Below, piece after piece: positions 8,248-18,697 of a stretch of 38,757 bases of DNA (its first letter is position 1; each line of letters starts with the position of its first letter). A program made the position numbers and the translations under genes. The stretch is from Cryomorphaceae bacterium. Lineage in GTDB: Bacteria; Bacteroidota; Bacteroidia; Flavobacteriales_D; Crocinitomicaceae. The DNA lies in NCBI GenBank assembly GCA_027485365.1, contig JAIXRD010000258.1, positions 1 through 38,757 of the forward strand, read 5' to 3'. The notes under the pieces are model-generated. The model was not told the origin of the DNA. It saw nothing but the letters and a program-made list of their open reading frames with translations, and made no database searches.

Positions 8248-10089
8248 TGCCAATTCGGCCAATTCAATCCACCGATTCGTCTTGGTGTCTAGGTGTTCTA
8301 CAACCACTCCGATGCGTTGCCCCAAACTCATGAGGTCCTCATTAGATAAATCACCTTTGGACAAAGCAGCTGTTAGTTCTTCTTTTTCGGTTTCAAGTAA
8401 GGCAATGTCTTTTTCCAGTTGATTGAATTCAATTTGTTCCTTGTAACTCATTCGTTTCTTCTCGGAACTTTGTTTGTTTTCTTTCGGTTTTTCTACTTGA
8501 ACTTCAAGTGTTTTTGGTTTGCGTTGTTCCATCCGATAAGCGGAATAATTCCCTGTAATATCTGCAATCTTACCTTCTCCTTCAAACACGAATAAATGAT
8601 CTGTAATCTTATCCATGAAGTAGCGGTCATGCGAGATCACCACTAAACTTCCTTCAAACAGGGATAAATAACTTTCCAGCGCCGCCATGGAGAAAATATC
8701 CAAGTCATTGGTAGGTTCATCCAGCACCAAGAAATTGGGGTTTGCCATCAATACACGCAGTAACTTCAATCGACGTTTTTCACCACCACTCAATTTTGAG
8801 ACAAATTGATAATGCATATCTCTTGGGAAGAGAAAGCGCTCAAGTAAATGTGCGGCCGACAATTGCCTCCCTTTTTCTAAGGGGATGAATTCTGCGACTT
8901 CTTTTACAATGTCTATCACTTTGGCATCCGCCTTGAATTCAATAATATCTTGTGTGTAGTGACCAAAAAATATGGTGTCGCCCACCACGATTTTCCCGCC
9001 TTCGGGCGCTATCTCACCCAGAAGTAATTTGATGAAGGTGGTTTTTCCGGTACCGTTATTTCCAACGATTCCAAGCCGTTCTCTTCGCTGAAAGTTATAA
9101 GAGAATCCATCCAGAATTTTCTTTGAACCATAGGATTTCTTCACGTTATGGAATTCTACGATTTTCGTCCCTAAACGCTCCATTTTTATTCCAAGCTGTA
9201 ATTCTTCAGAACCTACTTTTCTTGAGGCGGCGTTCTTTACATCTAAAAAGGCGTCAATACGAGCTTTTTGTTTGGTCCCACGTGCTTTTGGTTGTCTTCT
9301 TATCCATTCTAGTTCCGTTCGGAACGTATTTTTAGCTTTCTCAATGCTGGATGCGAGTTGCTCTTGACGCTCTGCTTTTTTATAGAGGTAATAGGAGAAA
9401 TTCCCATTGTATTTATAAAGTGTCTTGTCTTCAAGTTCAAGTATTACATCACACACGGCTTCTAGAAAATATCGGTCGTGCGTAACCATGAATACCGTAG
9501 CTTTACTTGCCGATAGATAGGATTCAAGCCATTCGATCATGTCTAAATCCAAGTGATTGGTGGGCTCATCCAGTACCAAAAAGTCTGCCCCCGCAAGCAA
9601 TACTTTCGCTAAAGAGATTCGTTTTTTTTGTCCGCCGGAAAGGGTTTTAATTAGGGAATCAGCATCTAATTTTAAAATCCCTAGAATTCGTGAAATTTCC
9701 GCTTCTGTTCCCCAACCGTCAATGGCCGTTATTTCATTACTGAGTCGTTCAACTTCATCCGTATCTTCTGCCTCTAAAGCCTTATTGTAGGCAGAAAGTA
9801 AGCCATGACTTTCGTTGTAATTATCTGAAACAATATCCCAAACAGTCGACTCCGGGTTGTATTCATCCGTTTGATCCATCCACGCGATGCGTATTTCTTT
9901 TCGAAAAACTACCGTGCCGGAATCCGCCGATTCTTTGCCATACAAACAACGCAACAAGGTAGATTTTCCCGCTCCGTTTTTCGCAACAAGCGCCACCTTC
10001 TGACCTTGATCGATTCCAAAGGTAAGTTGTTCAAATAGGATACGTTCTCCAAACGATTTGGAGAGGTTTTCAACGGAGAGTACATTCAT
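8245..10089 (-). CDS. ABC-F family ATPase (tandem ABC domains, no membrane domain)
   Basis: 614 aa. It has two Walker A motifs (GKNGAGKST, GNNGTGKTT), two LSGG signatures (LSGGQKKR, LSGGEKRR) and a C-terminal coiled-coil tail. Confidence 0.92.
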   Translation of the reverse strand: MNVLSVENLSKSFGERILFEQLTFGIDQGQKVALVAKNGAGKSTLLRCLYGKESADSGTVVFRKEIRIAWMDQTDEYNPESTVWDIVSDNYNESHGLLSAYNKALEAEDTDEVERLSNEITAIDGWGTEAEISRILGILKLDADSLIKTLSGGQKKRISLAKVLLAGADFLVLDEPTNHLDLDMIEWLESYLSASKATVFMVTHDRYFLEAVCDVILELEDKTLYKYNGNFSYYLYKKAERQEQLASSIEKAKNTFRTELEWIRRQPKARGTKQKARIDAFLDVKNAASRKVGSEELQLGIKMERLGTKIVEFHNVKKSYGSKKILDGFSYNFQRRERLGIVGNNGTGKTTFIKLLLGEIAPEGGKIVVGDTIFFGHYTQDIIEFKADAKVIDIVKEVAEFIPLEKGRQLSAAHLLERFLFPRDMHYQFVSKLSGGEKRRLKLLRVLMANPNFLVLDEPTNDLDIFSMAALESYLSLFEGSLVVISHDRYFMDKITDHLFVFEGEGKIADITGNYSAYRMEQRKPKTLEVQVEKPKENKQSSEKKRMSYKEQIEFNQLEKDIALLETEKEELTAALSKGDLSNEDLMSLGQRIGVVVEHLDTKTNRWIELAELA

Positions 10090-10100
10090 GGTGTTTGTGC

Positions 10101-10586
10101 TTAACGCAAGCGATCGATCGAGTCAATTATTAGTTTGTCTCTTAGCACTCCCTTGTATCCAAAATATGTAAAAGGTAGTGTACAGGATAATAAGTAAAAA
10201 CCAAGCCGTACGGAATTGTTGCTGTCTGAAGGTGCATCAACGAATAGATAAGTACTCCAGATAACGAACAGCAATACAAGAAACGCGTTGAGCATAAGCG
10301 TCAGGCGAGCAAGACTAAGCTGACGATTGATTTTCTTGTACGACATCAGCGTGATAAAGAGTAAGAAAATCATGCCTATGGCAAGTAAGAATAAGGGAAT
10401 CATTTCACTTGAAACAAACTTCTCTTCGTTGTTAGTAATATAATAAGATGATCGTCCAAACAAATCAACAGTGCTAACTTCTTGTCCACCCTTTGCTTCA
10501 AATTTCAAGAAATTTAATCCAGCGAATAGTGATCCAAACAGCGACATGGAAATTAAAAAGTGAATAGAATAATTGCGTCCGAACAT
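10101..10586 (-). CDS. integral membrane protein (hypothetical)
   Basis: 161 aa with an ATG start and about four hydrophobic segments. It is packed between aroC and the ABC-F gene. No family recognised. Confidence 0.6.
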   Translation of the reverse strand: MFGRNYSIHFLISMSLFGSLFAGLNFLKFEAKGGQEVSTVDLFGRSSYYITNNEEKFVSSEMIPLFLLAIGMIFLLFITLMSYKKINRQLSLARLTLMLNAFLVLLFVIWSTYLFVDAPSDSNNSVRLGFYLLSCTLPFTYFGYKGVLRDKLIIDSIDRLR

Positions 10587-10597
10587 AGCGTTATTTT

Positions 10598-11665
10598 CTA
10601 CAAAGATAAGCGCTTATTTAATAAATAGGCATCAAGAATTACCAAGGCAGCCATAGCGTTCACAATTGGAACCGCCCGAGGCACCACACATACGTCGTGC
10701 CGACCACGAGGAGCAAGTGTAATTTGTTCACCAGCAGCGTTCATGGTTGTTTGATCTTGCATAATGGTGGCAACCGGCTTAAAGGCCACTCTGTATGCGA
10801 TGGGCATTCCATTAGATAGTCCACCTTGGATGCCTCCGGAGTAATTAGTTGCTGTATTAAATCCCTCCGTAAAGGCATCGTTATGCGCACTTCCCTTCAT
10901 GCTAATCGCTTCAAATCCGCTTCCAAATTCAACACCTTTTACCGCATTGATTGAAAGCATGGCTTTACCCAGTTCCGCATGCAATTTATCGAATACTGGT
11001 TCTCCTAATCCAGCAGGTACGCCCTGAATAATTCCTCGAATCGCTCCGCCCAAGGTATCTCCTTCTACTTTAGTTTCTTCGATTAAGGCAATCATTTCGT
11101 TGGATGCGGTTTGATCCGGACAACGAACTAAGGATTGATCAATATGAGCTATACTAAAAAAGTCTGTTGAATTAAACCGACAACTTCCAATTTGATCCAC
11201 ATAGGTTGAGAACGTTATTCCTACATGTGCCAATAGTTGTTCTGCAATGGCCCCTGCTACTACTCGACATACCGTTTCTCTAGCGCTTGATCTTCCACCT
11301 CCGCGTGGATCACGGATACCATATTTCTTGTCGTAGGTAAAATCAGCGTGAGATGGCCGATATGCGGTGTTTAGTTGTTCGTAATCTTCCGGGCGTTGGT
11401 CATGATTTCGAAGGATGAATCCAATGGGTGTACCGGTAGTTTTCCCTTTGTAAATACCCGACAGAAATTCAACTTCATCGTGTTCATTTCGCGGTGATAC
11501 AAGTGCCGATTGACCAGGCCTCCGTCGATTTAATACGGCTTGTATTTGTTCGAAATCCAAGGTAACGTTCGGTGGGCATCCCTGAATAATTCCGCCCAAC
11601 GCAGCACCATGTGATTCACCAAAGGTGGTTAATTGAAATAGCTTTCCGAAGGTTGACCCTGACAT
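10598..11665 (-). CDS. aroC: chorismate synthase
   Basis: 355 aa. FGESHG, GRSSARET and RHDVCVVPRAVP motifs are present, and length is full. Confidence 0.96.
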   Translation of the reverse strand: MSGSTFGKLFQLTTFGESHGAALGGIIQGCPPNVTLDFEQIQAVLNRRRPGQSALVSPRNEHDEVEFLSGIYKGKTTGTPIGFILRNHDQRPEDYEQLNTAYRPSHADFTYDKKYGIRDPRGGGRSSARETVCRVVAGAIAEQLLAHVGITFSTYVDQIGSCRFNSTDFFSIAHIDQSLVRCPDQTASNEMIALIEETKVEGDTLGGAIRGIIQGVPAGLGEPVFDKLHAELGKAMLSINAVKGVEFGSGFEAISMKGSAHNDAFTEGFNTATNYSGGIQGGLSNGMPIAYRVAFKPVATIMQDQTTMNAAGEQITLAPRGRHDVCVVPRAVPIVNAMAALVILDAYLLNKRLSL

Positions 11666-11674
11666 GGCTCAAAG

Positions 11675-12610
11675 TTACGGCTTTTCAATGGGTTTCAAAA
11701 AATTGATGTTTCGTTTCAATCCCTGAAACCCAGTACGTTTGATTGCACTGTTTTTAAATAGGATTTCAAAATGATCGGAGGTTAAAGCCTGCCAATCGTT
11801 CGTGTTGAGGTTTAAAAGTTCGAAATCGGGATTGAACCGTTTTTCCTGGTGTGCTTTTGAAAAGCGATTCCACGGACAAACATCTTGACAAATGTCACAA
11901 CCAAACATCCAATTTTCCATAAATTCATTGAATTGCTGTGGGATGATTTGATCTTTTAGTTCGATGGTCAAATAGGAAATACAGCGGGACGCATCGATTT
12001 GATAGGGGGTAGCTAATGCGTTGGTTGGACAAGCATCTAAGCATTTCGAACACGTACCGCAATAGTCGCGCATGGGAGGGTCTTGGGTGAAGGATAAATC
12101 TGAAATAATCTCCGCGATAAAAAAGAAACTTCCTTCTTTTGGATGAATCAAATTGGTGTTTTTTCCAAGCCAACCCAAGCCTGCTTTTTTTGCCCAGGCC
12201 TTGTCCATCACAGGTGCTGAATCCACAAAAACCCTACCTTGGATATCACCGATTTCTTCTTTCATCGATTCAACAAGCAATTTTAATTTGTCTTTTATTA
12301 CCAGATGATAATCTTCCCCATAGGCATATTTTGAGATTTTTGGGGCGTTTTCCGTTTGCGATTCGGAGGGATAATAATTCAGCAGCAAGGAGATTACGCT
12401 ATTTGATCCTTCTACTAACTTGGTGGGGTCTAAGCGCTTATCGAAATGATTTTCCATGTAAGTCATCTTTCCATGCAGGCCGTCCCGTAGCCAACGCTCT
12501 AATTTTGGTGCTTCGTCGGCTAAGAAACCCGCCGTTGAAAAACCACAATAAAAAAATCCGAGCTCGTTTGCTTTTTGTTTAATGAACGATTTGTATCGAT
12601 CGGCATTCAT
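11675..12610 (-). CDS. queG: epoxyqueuosine reductase
   Basis: 311 aa. An N-terminal QueG-type region (HGKMTYMENH) is followed by two 4Fe-4S motifs (CGTCSKCLDACP, CDICQDVCPWN). Confidence 0.92.
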   Translation of the reverse strand: MNADRYKSFIKQKANELGFFYCGFSTAGFLADEAPKLERWLRDGLHGKMTYMENHFDKRLDPTKLVEGSNSVISLLLNYYPSESQTENAPKISKYAYGEDYHLVIKDKLKLLVESMKEEIGDIQGRVFVDSAPVMDKAWAKKAGLGWLGKNTNLIHPKEGSFFFIAEIISDLSFTQDPPMRDYCGTCSKCLDACPTNALATPYQIDASRCISYLTIELKDQIIPQQFNEFMENWMFGCDICQDVCPWNRFSKAHQEKRFNPDFELLNLNTNDWQALTSDHFEILFKNSAIKRTGFQGLKRNINFLKPIEKP

Positions 12611-12612
12611 GC

Positions 12613-13632
12613 TTAGAATAATCCACCTTGAAAATACCCCATATCTCGTCCGAGGTGTTTGTATGTTTTCTCCGTAACTTTTCTACCGCGTGGGGTACGC
12701 ATTAGGAATCCTTCTTGGATAAGAAAGGGTTCATATACCTCTTCCAAGGTTCCTGCGTTTTCACCAATTGCTGTTGCTATCGTTGATAATCCAACGGGAC
12801 CTCCACTGAATTTATCCATGATGACTTTAAGTATCCGAATATCCATTTCATCGAGGCCGTTTTCGTCTACATTCAATGCTTTTAATGCAATTTCCGTAAT
12901 GGCATCGTCGATGGTTCCAGTTCCTTTAATTTGTGCAAAATCACGAACTCTTCGCAACAAAGCATTTGCGATACGCGGGGTTCCACGACTTCTACTGGCG
13001 ATCATATACGCTGCAGTTTCATCGATGGGAATATTCAATAAGCTCGAAGAACGTTCTACAATGTGTGTAAGTGTTTGTGCGTCATAATATTCAAGCCGTG
13101 AATTGATTCCAAAGCGTGCGCGTAAGGGCGAGGTAAGTAATCCTGAGCGTGTGGTTGCCCCGATTAATGTAAAGGGGTTTAAGGTGATTTGAATGGTTCG
13201 CGCATTAGGCCCGGAATCCAATAAGATATCTATCACATAGTCCTCCATTGCCGAATACAGGTATTCCTCCACAACCGGACTTAAGCGATGTATTTCATCA
13301 ATGAACAGAACATCTCCTTCGCTAAGATTGGTTAACAGGCCGGCTAAATCCCCCGGTTTATCCAATACGGGTCCGCTCGTCACTTTAAAGCCAACGCCCA
13401 TTTCGTTGGCAATGATGTTGGCTAGGGTCGTTTTCCCTAAGCCCGGAGGACCGTGTAATAAGACGTGATCAAGGGGTTCGTTTCTAAGTTTAGCGGCTTT
13501 AACAAATACATGGAGATTCTCAACCACGGCGGGTTGTCCAGCAAAATCAGCAAGGGTTTTAGGCCGTAAGACCTTATCGTAATCTTGCTCTTGGTTTTCT
13601 GCTTGCTCTCTATAATCAAATGAATCTTCCAA
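12613..13632 (-). CDS. ruvB: Holliday junction branch migration helicase RuvB
   Basis: 339 aa. [12 protein letters not shown], Walker [18 protein letters not shown] and the C-terminal winged-helix region are present. The first codon at 13632 is TTG, and I found no in-frame ATG upstream. Confidence 0.96.
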   Translation of the reverse strand: MEDSFDYREQAENQEQDYDKVLRPKTLADFAGQPAVVENLHVFVKAAKLRNEPLDHVLLHGPPGLGKTTLANIIANEMGVGFKVTSGPVLDKPGDLAGLLTNLSEGDVLFIDEIHRLSPVVEEYLYSAMEDYVIDILLDSGPNARTIQITLNPFTLIGATTRSGLLTSPLRARFGINSRLEYYDAQTLTHIVERSSSLLNIPIDETAAYMIASRSRGTPRIANALLRRVRDFAQIKGTGTIDDAITEIALKALNVDENGLDEMDIRILKVIMDKFSGGPVGLSTIATAIGENAGTLEEVYEPFLIQEGFLMRTPRGRKVTEKTYKHLGRDMGYFQGGLF

Positions 13633-13679
13633 AGGATATGCTTTAACTACAAAATTACCATTCCATTTGAATTGTAGCC

Positions 13680-14351
13680 CTAACTCTTTACACGAAAATC
13701 AGATAGAAAATCACCCATGTTATCAAAGTGATAATCCGCTACGATTAATTTAGGATTTGGGACATGGGTTTTTTCAGGAATACACACAACGCTCATCATT
13801 GCCGCCTTTCCAGAAATCACACCGTTCAAGGAGTCCTCGATTACAAGGCACTTGTTTGGTTTTACGGCAAGAGACTCAGCTGTTTTAAGGTACACATCCG
13901 GATGCGGTTTTCCATACCGTTCAAACTCTGCAGAATGCACGGCGTCAAAATAAGGAGCAATGTTTAGGTATTTGAGCACGGCATCAATTAAACGTTGGGG
14001 TGATGAAGTTGCTAATCCGATTTTTATATCCGTTTTACTCAGGTAATCAAGGGTATCAATAACACCGGGTAAGGGATATGGGTTTTCTGAGATTAAAACT
14101 ACCATTCGATCTAGGATTTGATTTACCACCGAATGCGTGTCATCAATCCCCCATTGGTCCTCATGATTCCAGTATTCAACCACTTGGTCAATTCGCAATC
14201 CTACGGTTCGTTGAAAATCATGTGCGGTTAAGGTGCTCCCTAAGGAGGAAAACACTTCAAACATTGCGATTTTCCACAGCGGTTCGGAATCAATGAGTAC
14301 GCCGTCCATATCAAAAATGACCGCGTCAAAATGTACTTGATTAACACGCAT
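13680..14351 (-). CDS. HAD-IA family sugar phosphatase (beta-phosphoglucomutase/HxpB-like)
   Basis: 223 aa. HAD motif I is [11 protein letters not shown], motif II is LATSS, and the motif III/IV region is KPHPDVY...IEDSLNG. Confidence 0.88.
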   Translation of the reverse strand: MRVNQVHFDAVIFDMDGVLIDSEPLWKIAMFEVFSSLGSTLTAHDFQRTVGLRIDQVVEYWNHEDQWGIDDTHSVVNQILDRMVVLISENPYPLPGVIDTLDYLSKTDIKIGLATSSPQRLIDAVLKYLNIAPYFDAVHSAEFERYGKPHPDVYLKTAESLAVKPNKCLVIEDSLNGVISGKAAMMSVVCIPEKTHVPNPKLIVADYHFDNMGDFLSDFRVKS

Positions 14352-15616
14352 TATCGAATAAATAAGCGTACTTTTTCGATTCTTCGTTCACTAACTTCCT
14401 CAATCACCAAGCGAATATCGTTGTTGAGGTCCAGGGTGGTGTCTTTTTCAGGAATTCGTTCGAGGCGATAGGTGATGAGACCACCGAGTGTGTCGTATTC
14501 TTCTGATTCAGGAAGAGTAATTGGATAATGCTCGTTGATATAATCGATTTCTACACGAGCTGAAAAAATGAATTCTGAATCTGAAACTTTTTCTTCTAAC
14601 CAATCTTCTTTGTCGTGTTCATCTTCGATGTCACCGAAAATTTCTTCGATTACATCTTCTATGGTAATGATTCCTGCGGTTCCCCCATATTCGTCATTTA
14701 CAACAGCAATATTTCCGGTTTGTTTTGAAAAGGTTTCCAATAATTCTCTTCCTGAGAGCACACCCGGAACAAATCCAATGGGTTTTAAAATTTGCGTTAT
14801 CGATGTAGGATTGCTAAAGAAATCGAAAGAATGTACATATCCAATGATGTTGTCAATGGAGTTTCTATAAATAACAATTTTAGACAAGCCTTTTTGTTGG
14901 AAAAGTGCAAGAGTAGACTCCATCGGTTCACTCACTTCAACTGCAATGATTTCAGTGCGAGGAATCATGCAATCTCTAGCCTTCACGTGATTAAATTCTA
15001 AAGCATTTTGTAAAATGGTCATTTCATGCTTTAATTCTTGTTCCGGCGCAATGCGGGCATTTAGGTCCTCTACATAATGTTCTAAATCGACTTTCGAGAA
15101 TACTTTTTCAGACGATTTCATTTTAGAACCCGTAGCCTTTAATAAGAGTAAACTTAAAAATAGGATGAATTGGGTTGGTAAGTATAGAATAGTATAAACA
15201 ATCAGTAAGGGGTAGGTTCCAATGTTTAAGAAGCGGTTTGGATTTATTGATGCAATGGCTTTTGGGAAAAACTCTGCTCCAATCAATACAAGTAGGGTAG
15301 AAAGGATGGTTTGAATAATCAAGATTAATACCTCATTTTCTATACCCCAAATGTGATTAGATTCTCCAATCAATAATTTTCCAAAGGTGATTCCATATAC
15401 AACCAAAGAGATGTTGTTCCCGAGTAACATCATGGCAATCATGGTGGATTGATTGCGGTAAAATATAGCATTAACTCGTCCCCTAAGGCTTCCACGAGTT
15501 CGTTCTACTTCAATACGCAATCTATTTGAAGACAAATACGCCTGTTCCATGCCAGAAAAAAACGCGGAACCGATTAAGGATAAAATAAAGAGAATGATGT
15601 AAAGCTGTTCACCCAT
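14351..15616 (-). CDS. CNNM(DUF21)-CBS-CorC/HlyC family membrane protein (GldE-like)
   Basis: 421 aa. Four N-terminal TM helices are followed by a CBS pair and a C-terminal CorC_HlyC domain. No gldD lies adjacent, so I do not assign gldE. Confidence 0.85.
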   Translation of the reverse strand: MGEQLYIILFILSLIGSAFFSGMEQAYLSSNRLRIEVERTRGSLRGRVNAIFYRNQSTMIAMMLLGNNISLVVYGITFGKLLIGESNHIWGIENEVLILIIQTILSTLLVLIGAEFFPKAIASINPNRFLNIGTYPLLIVYTILYLPTQFILFLSLLLLKATGSKMKSSEKVFSKVDLEHYVEDLNARIAPEQELKHEMTILQNALEFNHVKARDCMIPRTEIIAVEVSEPMESTLALFQQKGLSKIVIYRNSIDNIIGYVHSFDFFSNPTSITQILKPIGFVPGVLSGRELLETFSKQTGNIAVVNDEYGGTAGIITIEDVIEEIFGDIEDEHDKEDWLEEKVSDSEFIFSARVEIDYINEHYPITLPESEEYDTLGGLITYRLERIPEKDTTLDLNNDIRLVIEEVSERRIEKVRLFIR

Positions 15617-16890
15617 TAGATTACGTCTTTTCCAATATCACGTCGAAAATACGCATTTTCAAAAGATATTTTTGAAATTCCCGCATAGGAGCGGTCTAAT
15701 GCTTGTTCAAGGGTTTTTCCAAAAGAAGTAACCGCTAATACCCTTCCTCCATTGGTAATTACTTGAGGACCGTCAGAGGTTGTTCCTGCATGAAATACTA
15801 AGGCGTCTGTAACGGAATTTAATCCGTAAATTATTTTACCCTTTTCATAAGCAGCAGGATACCCCCCAGAAACCATCATCACAGTAGAAGCGCAATGCTC
15901 AGAAAATTGTACATCTCGTTCCGATAGGGTTTTGGTGGCTACGCCCTCAAATAAATCTAAGAGGTCTGATTTTATGCGAGGAATTACAACTTCTGTTTCA
16001 GGGTCACCCATACGGCAATTATATTCAATCACGTAGGGATCTCCTTTCACATTGATTAATCCAAAAAAGATAAATCCGCGATAATCAATCTGCTCTTTTT
16101 TAATTCCTTTAACCGTTGGTATAATGACTTGATTAAGCACTTTATCCATAAAGCCAGCATCCGCAAATGGAACCGGAGAAACAGCGCCCATTCCCCCTGT
16201 GTTCTCCCCTTGGTCTTGTTCTCCAATGCGCTTGTAATCTTTGGCTTCAGGCAATAATTTAAAGGAGATTCCATCGGTAACCACAAAAACTGAAAGTTCA
16301 ATGCCTTTTAAAAATTGTTCAATCACCACTTTTTGTCCCGCACTGCCGAATTTTTCATCCAAAAGGATTTGCGTGAGTTCATCCTCAGCAGTTTTTAAGT
16401 CCTCAATTATTAACACACCTTTGCCTGCGGCGAGCCCGTCTGCTTTCAAGACGTATGGCGCTTTCATGTTTCGTAGAAATTCTATGCCTTCCCGCAGGGT
16501 TTGAAGTGTAAATGAACCATATTTCGCGGTTGGTATTTTATGACGCTGCATAAACTCTTTAGCAAAGGTCTTACTGCCTTCCAAGGCAGCACCTGCTTGC
16601 GTAGGACCAATCAGCGCAACTGAAGAAAGAGAGGGGTCTTTTTTGAAGAAATCTGCAATTCCCATAACCAAGGGTTCTTCAGGGCCAACGATAACCATTT
16701 CAATTTTATGGTCAATTACAAAGGATTTGACTGCGTCAAAATCTAATACATTTAAATCTACGTTCTTCCCGTATTGCTTGGTTCCCGCATTTCCTGGGGC
16801 AATAAAAAGTGACTCCAACATGGAGCTCTGAGCGATTTTCCATGACAAGGCAGATTCTCTACCTCCTGAACCAATTAATAATACCCTCAT
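15616..16890 (-). CDS. purD: phosphoribosylamine--glycine ligase
   Basis: 424 aa. MRVLLIGSGGRESAL is the PurD N-terminus, followed by an ATP-grasp core and the GGRVLAVT motif. Confidence 0.96.
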   Translation of the reverse strand: MRVLLIGSGGRESALSWKIAQSSMLESLFIAPGNAGTKQYGKNVDLNVLDFDAVKSFVIDHKIEMVIVGPEEPLVMGIADFFKKDPSLSSVALIGPTQAGAALEGSKTFAKEFMQRHKIPTAKYGSFTLQTLREGIEFLRNMKAPYVLKADGLAAGKGVLIIEDLKTAEDELTQILLDEKFGSAGQKVVIEQFLKGIELSVFVVTDGISFKLLPEAKDYKRIGEQDQGENTGGMGAVSPVPFADAGFMDKVLNQVIIPTVKGIKKEQIDYRGFIFFGLINVKGDPYVIEYNCRMGDPETEVVIPRIKSDLLDLFEGVATKTLSERDVQFSEHCASTVMMVSGGYPAAYEKGKIIYGLNSVTDALVFHAGTTSDGPQVITNGGRVLAVTSFGKTLEQALDRSYAGISKISFENAYFRRDIGKDVI

Positions 16891-17579
16891 GCCTTGCAGT
16901 GCGTTAAAATGGATTCAAACAGAGCTAATCCATCACGGTTGTTTAATGTGGCGTCTGCAGCGCGTTCCGGGTGAGGCATCATTCCAAATACATTTTTTGA
17001 TTTGTTTGTGATCCCGGCAATATTTAATAGCGATCCGTTGGGATTGTTCTCGGGGTCAATCTTTCCATCAACCCGACAGTATTGAAATAGGATTTGTTCA
17101 TTGTCCTGTAATTGCGCAATCGTTTCATCGGAAGCATAAAATCGACCTTCACCGTGTGCGATGGGAATTTTATAAACATCCTCCATGGACAGTCCAGCTG
17201 TGATTGGGGTCTTCGATGATGCGGGTCTTATGTAGACATTCTTACAGATAAACTTTCGATCGGTATTATGTAGTAATGCTCCAGGTAACAATCCACTTTC
17301 GGTTAAGATTTGAAATCCATTACATACACCAAGTACATAACCACCTTGGTTTGCGTGTTTAATTACCTCAGTCATAATGGGCGAGAATTTGGCAATAGCA
17401 CCAGATCTTAAGTAATCCCCATAGGAAAATCCACCCGGTAGGACGACCATTTCAACACCTTTTAAATCCGTGTCTTTATGCCAAAGAGAAACAACTTCCT
17501 GCTTCAATAAGTCACCTAGCACATAAATCATATCTTGGTCGCAATTCGAACCGGGAAATGTGACTACACCAAACTTCAT
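16887..17579 (-). CDS. purQ: phosphoribosylformylglycinamidine synthase subunit PurQ
   Basis: 230 aa. MKFGVVTFPGSNCD is followed by a glutamine amidotransferase triad (GVCNGFQ, MPHPER). Confidence 0.95.
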   Translation of the reverse strand: MKFGVVTFPGSNCDQDMIYVLGDLLKQEVVSLWHKDTDLKGVEMVVLPGGFSYGDYLRSGAIAKFSPIMTEVIKHANQGGYVLGVCNGFQILTESGLLPGALLHNTDRKFICKNVYIRPASSKTPITAGLSMEDVYKIPIAHGEGRFYASDETIAQLQDNEQILFQYCRVDGKIDPENNPNGSLLNIAGITNKSKNVFGMMPHPERAADATLNNRDGLALFESILTHCKA

Positions 17580-17611
17580 ATCCTTAAATTAGGTTACAAA
17601 GGTATTAATTC

Positions 17612-18589
17612 TTACTGAAGCTGATTAAGAAAAGTAAACTTAAGCAGGCCAAAGAGCAAGAAAATATAAAAAAGTAAAGAGGACGCAAACATCAGTCGTT
17701 TTGATAAGAGCGGATAGGTGAAAAGGATACTCAGGGGAATGATAAAATATTCAATTTTTATGGCGGGTTCAGCAAGGAAAACACAGAAAGCCAAGGCGGA
17801 GAAGATCCCGATTCCGAGCGTATTTATAAGTTGAAGCTCCTTCTTAACTCGATTCCCGGCAGTAGATAATTTCGGGACTATGCCAAATAAACTAATCACA
17901 AAAACACTAATGAGTATGGCCGTGTTAATGGCGTGATTAAGGGTGAAATTTCGAATGAAATCATTCCAATCAAACGAGTAATACGGGTAAGAAAAGCCGA
18001 ATAAATATGACCTGCTAATTAGGTATAAGAACGGAACCAAACACCCCAACATGTAAAAATAGAATTCGCGAATAAGAAAGGGTCGAAATATTAAATAAAG
18101 TAGAACGCCAAAAGGAATGAGTGTAATTAAGGGTGGATATACTGTTGCTGCTATCCCAATAAAAAACCCAGCATTAAAAATTCGTGCCGCGCCATCTTTG
18201 TTTTGGTTTAATTGTAAGAATTGATAGAGCCCAAGAATAATCATGGTAGATGCCAAATGTAACCCATTGAACTGATAAAAATTCATTGAAATGGCAGATA
18301 GTACCACGAAATTTAGCGCGGGTAAATAGGTGTTTTTTTCATTTAATTCTGAAGAATTGAAGGTGAAGTTTAACAGGACGGAATTGAGTAAAACCCAACA
18401 TCCAGAAATGATTTCATATCCCAGATTCGTATTTCCCTGCTTGATGGTAAGGTTACCCCACCAACCAAAATCAATATCTAGCGGTCCACTTGGTGAAACA
18501 CTGAGGTGATAAGCAATATGAAACCCAAGCACAACAAATGGGAGGAAAAACAGCACCAAGGGTCGATTATCTCCAAAAAATCGAATCAT
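17612..18589 (-). CDS. polytopic integral membrane protein (hypothetical)
   Basis: 325 aa with an ATG start and about 9-10 hydrophobic helices throughout. No family named with confidence. Confidence 0.65.
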   Translation of the reverse strand: MIRFFGDNRPLVLFFLPFVVLGFHIAYHLSVSPSGPLDIDFGWWGNLTIKQGNTNLGYEIISGCWVLLNSVLLNFTFNSSELNEKNTYLPALNFVVLSAISMNFYQFNGLHLASTMIILGLYQFLQLNQNKDGAARIFNAGFFIGIAATVYPPLITLIPFGVLLYLIFRPFLIREFYFYMLGCLVPFLYLISRSYLFGFSYPYYSFDWNDFIRNFTLNHAINTAILISVFVISLFGIVPKLSTAGNRVKKELQLINTLGIGIFSALAFCVFLAEPAIKIEYFIIPLSILFTYPLLSKRLMFASSLLFYIFLLFGLLKFTFLNQLQ

Positions 18590-18668
18590 AAGACGAAATT
18601 AATCATTTCTTGTTGAACCTTTTATTTTAACTTTATAAGTTTCTCCACATAGAAATTGAATAAAATTA

Positions 18669-18676
18669 TATATTTG
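18669..18676 (+). promoter_or_regulatory. candidate -7 promoter box (TATATTTG)
   Basis: Exact TAnnTTTG match 21 nt upstream of the ATG at 18698. It lies inside the longer ORF-track version (18656), which favours the shorter start. Confidence 0.4.
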
Positions 18677-18697
18677 TTACCTTTCAAAATAAGCGCT

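Noticed and set aside
12139-13087. Long antisense ORFs (12139..12582 at 147 aa; 12659..13087 at 142 aa). Similar ones occur at 2791..3072, 5175..5489, 9123..9790, 27583..27870 and 33311..33610.
   Set aside because: Each lies entirely inside, and opposite to, a gene with unmistakable family motifs (queG, ruvB, ABC ATPases and others). Their translations are low-complexity, Ser/Leu/Pro/Arg-rich, and have no motifs. This is typical shadow-ORF behaviour.
14351-15616. Naming the CNNM/CBS/CorC protein GldE (gliding motility)
   Set aside because: The architecture fits, but the usual gldD partner is absent, and the same architecture is shared by generic hemolysin/CorC-family proteins. I kept it as GldE-like only.
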